Shown: piece by piece, positions 62,665-64,000 of the stretch | Layout: every line of letters begins with the position of its first letter | How positions within the stretch are numbered: position 1 is the first letter of the stretch | DNA from: Candidatus Aenigmatarchaeota archaeon | GTDB taxonomy: Archaea; Aenigmatarchaeota; Aenigmatarchaeia; CG10238-14; SCSR01 | Direction of reading: 5' to 3' | NCBI GenBank assembly: GCA_038998335.1 | Contig: JAVZHQ010000001.1 | Span: 352,001-416,000 of the forward strand | Length of the DNA stretch: 64,000 nt | The notes under the pieces: generated by a model | Told to the model about the DNA's origin: nothing | The model's database searches: none | Seen by the model: the letters and a program-made list of their open reading frames with translations, nothing else | Translations under genes and position numbers: made by a program

Positions 62665-62792
62665 AAGTAGCGTAATCCCTTGCCGTTTAATTGACGGCCC
62701 GTTCAACGGCTTAACGACTTCCCCACTGTCCTGGGTTGGGACCCAGCGAAAATGCTGTTCTGGTGAATAGGCCAGAGACCTCCGGTGGGAAA

Positions 62793-62823
<31 letters not shown>

Positions 62824-62976
62824 GCGTTGCTGTAAGGTTGAAATTGCATAGAGTAGCTGGGACTCGCTATTAGGCGCAGGCTTCGGCCGAGGCTGAGAGG
62901 AAAGTGTAACACCAGCCCTTTTCAACCTTACGGCTTACCCGTAAGGGGACAGCGTCAGATGGGCAGTTCGGCTGGG

Positions 62977-63060
62977 AGTTTAGGAGCTAGAATGAAGAGT
63001 CCCTTAAGTTATGAAAAAATGATTAAGGGCATACGGTCTGAACAGCTCCTAAACCAGCAA
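62977..63060 (+). other. 23S BHB intron (84 nt) in P-loop (2252/2253) encoding a full box C/D sRNA
   Basis: GCTG-GG|A ... CAGC-AA|G; removal restores GGCTGGGGCGG. Confidence 0.93.
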
Positions 63061-63115
63061 GCGGTACGCCCTTGGTAAGAGATCAAGGGCGCCCAAAGCT
63101 CAGCTCATCCGGGTC

Positions 63116-63212
63116 ATGTCAGAAGTTGAAGCTATGATTACACTGCTCCAGAATGATTTAAAGATGAGTATGGAGGTAGCTTATGAGCTTTCATCAACTT
63201 CTGACACCCGAA
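63116..63212 (+). other. 23S BHB intron (97 nt) at about 2306 encoding a full box C/D sRNA
   Basis: CGGG-TC|A ... CCCG-AA|A; removal restores CCGGGTCAGAAATCCGG. Confidence 0.92.
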
Positions 63213-63384
63213 AGAAATCCGGAGTAGAGTGTAAGCGCAAAAGCTGGGTTGATTGGATCCCGCAAAGCGAGGGATCCAAGGGCGAAAGCCTGGGCTAGCG
63301 ATACATCGGTTCGCCTTAATGGCGGCCGGTGGTATCAGAAAAGCTACCTCGGGGATAATGGGCCCGTGGCCGGTGAAAGCCCAC

Positions 63385-63427
63385 AGCTCAGGGGTTTTCA
63401 TCCCACTCGATAGCGACGAGCGGGTAA
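63385..63427 (+). other. 23S BHB intron (43 nt) at about 2477
   Basis: GCCC-AC|A ... GGGT-AA|A; removal restores AGCCCACATTGAC. Confidence 0.88.
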
Positions 63428-63526
63428 ATTGACCCGGCGCGTTGGTGCGTCGCTGTCGGCTCCCCCCCTCCTGGCCGTGCAGTAGCGGCCAAGGGTACAG
63501 GTGCCCACTGGTTAAAGGGGGACGTT

Positions 63527-63560
<34 letters not shown>

Positions 63561-64000
63561 GCTATCTACCGGAGGTGCTGGCTGTCTGACCGGAAGGATG
63601 GGTGAGTACGAAAGGAACACCCATCCGTGGCCTCTGGTCTACCGGTTGTTCATCGCACAGCCGGGCAGCTAAGCCATAGCGGATAAGTCCTGAAGGCATC
63701 TAAGGACGAAACCGCCCGGGAAAATAGGCAGCCAATTGCTCTGCTATTCCGCAAGGAACGGTAGAGCAACGAGGGCTCTCCTAGACGAGGAGGTTGATAG
63801 GAAGGGGGTGTACGCGCCAAGCTTTCGAGCGAGGCGTTCAGCCCGCCTTTCCTAATCGCCCGAGGTTGCCAGGACTTGATAAGCAGCTTATCCTATGGTA
63901 GTTTCAAAAGTTTTTTTCTAAAATAAAAAAGTTAAACTTTTTTTTCTTAATTTAATTTGTGAAGATTGAAGTGTACATAAGAAATAGAGAAGTTGAAATT

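Overview
Chromosomal segment of an AT-rich, thermophilic to hyperthermophilic archaeon (reverse gyrase, BpsA). It is probably DPANN/Aenigmarchaeota-like; this is inferred from gene style and the unlinked rRNAs. Protein genes: PCNA, Isc, LutB/CCG plus larBCE, CysRS, an intein-bearing class II RNR, MinD, ThiI, a short HisRS, rgy, speD-bpsA, rpl18e-rpl13-rps9-rpoN-rpoK, glmS/glmU, argS, dys and adk. RNA genes: six tRNAs (three intron-containing) and separately promoted 16S and 23S rRNAs carrying five short bulge-helix-bulge (BHB) introns. Main result: these ORF-less rRNA introns, and the tRNA-Met and tRNA-Cys introns, carry box C/D (K-loop) motifs and antisense guides whose N+5 targets lie in this window. 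Predicted targets are tRNA-Met C34, tRNA-Cys C39, 23S C1920 and U2438, and 16S U912, U1203 and U793. The 23S leader encodes two more C/D guides (U2552; U2504/A2600). The 16S leader encodes an H/ACA guide for U966 with an extra perfect 15-nt antisense loop. This suggests an intron- and leader-hosted, largely self-targeting RNA modification system. The RNR intein also ends in Gln-Arg-Gly instead of His-Asn. E. coli-equivalent numbers were assigned by eye from conserved motifs.
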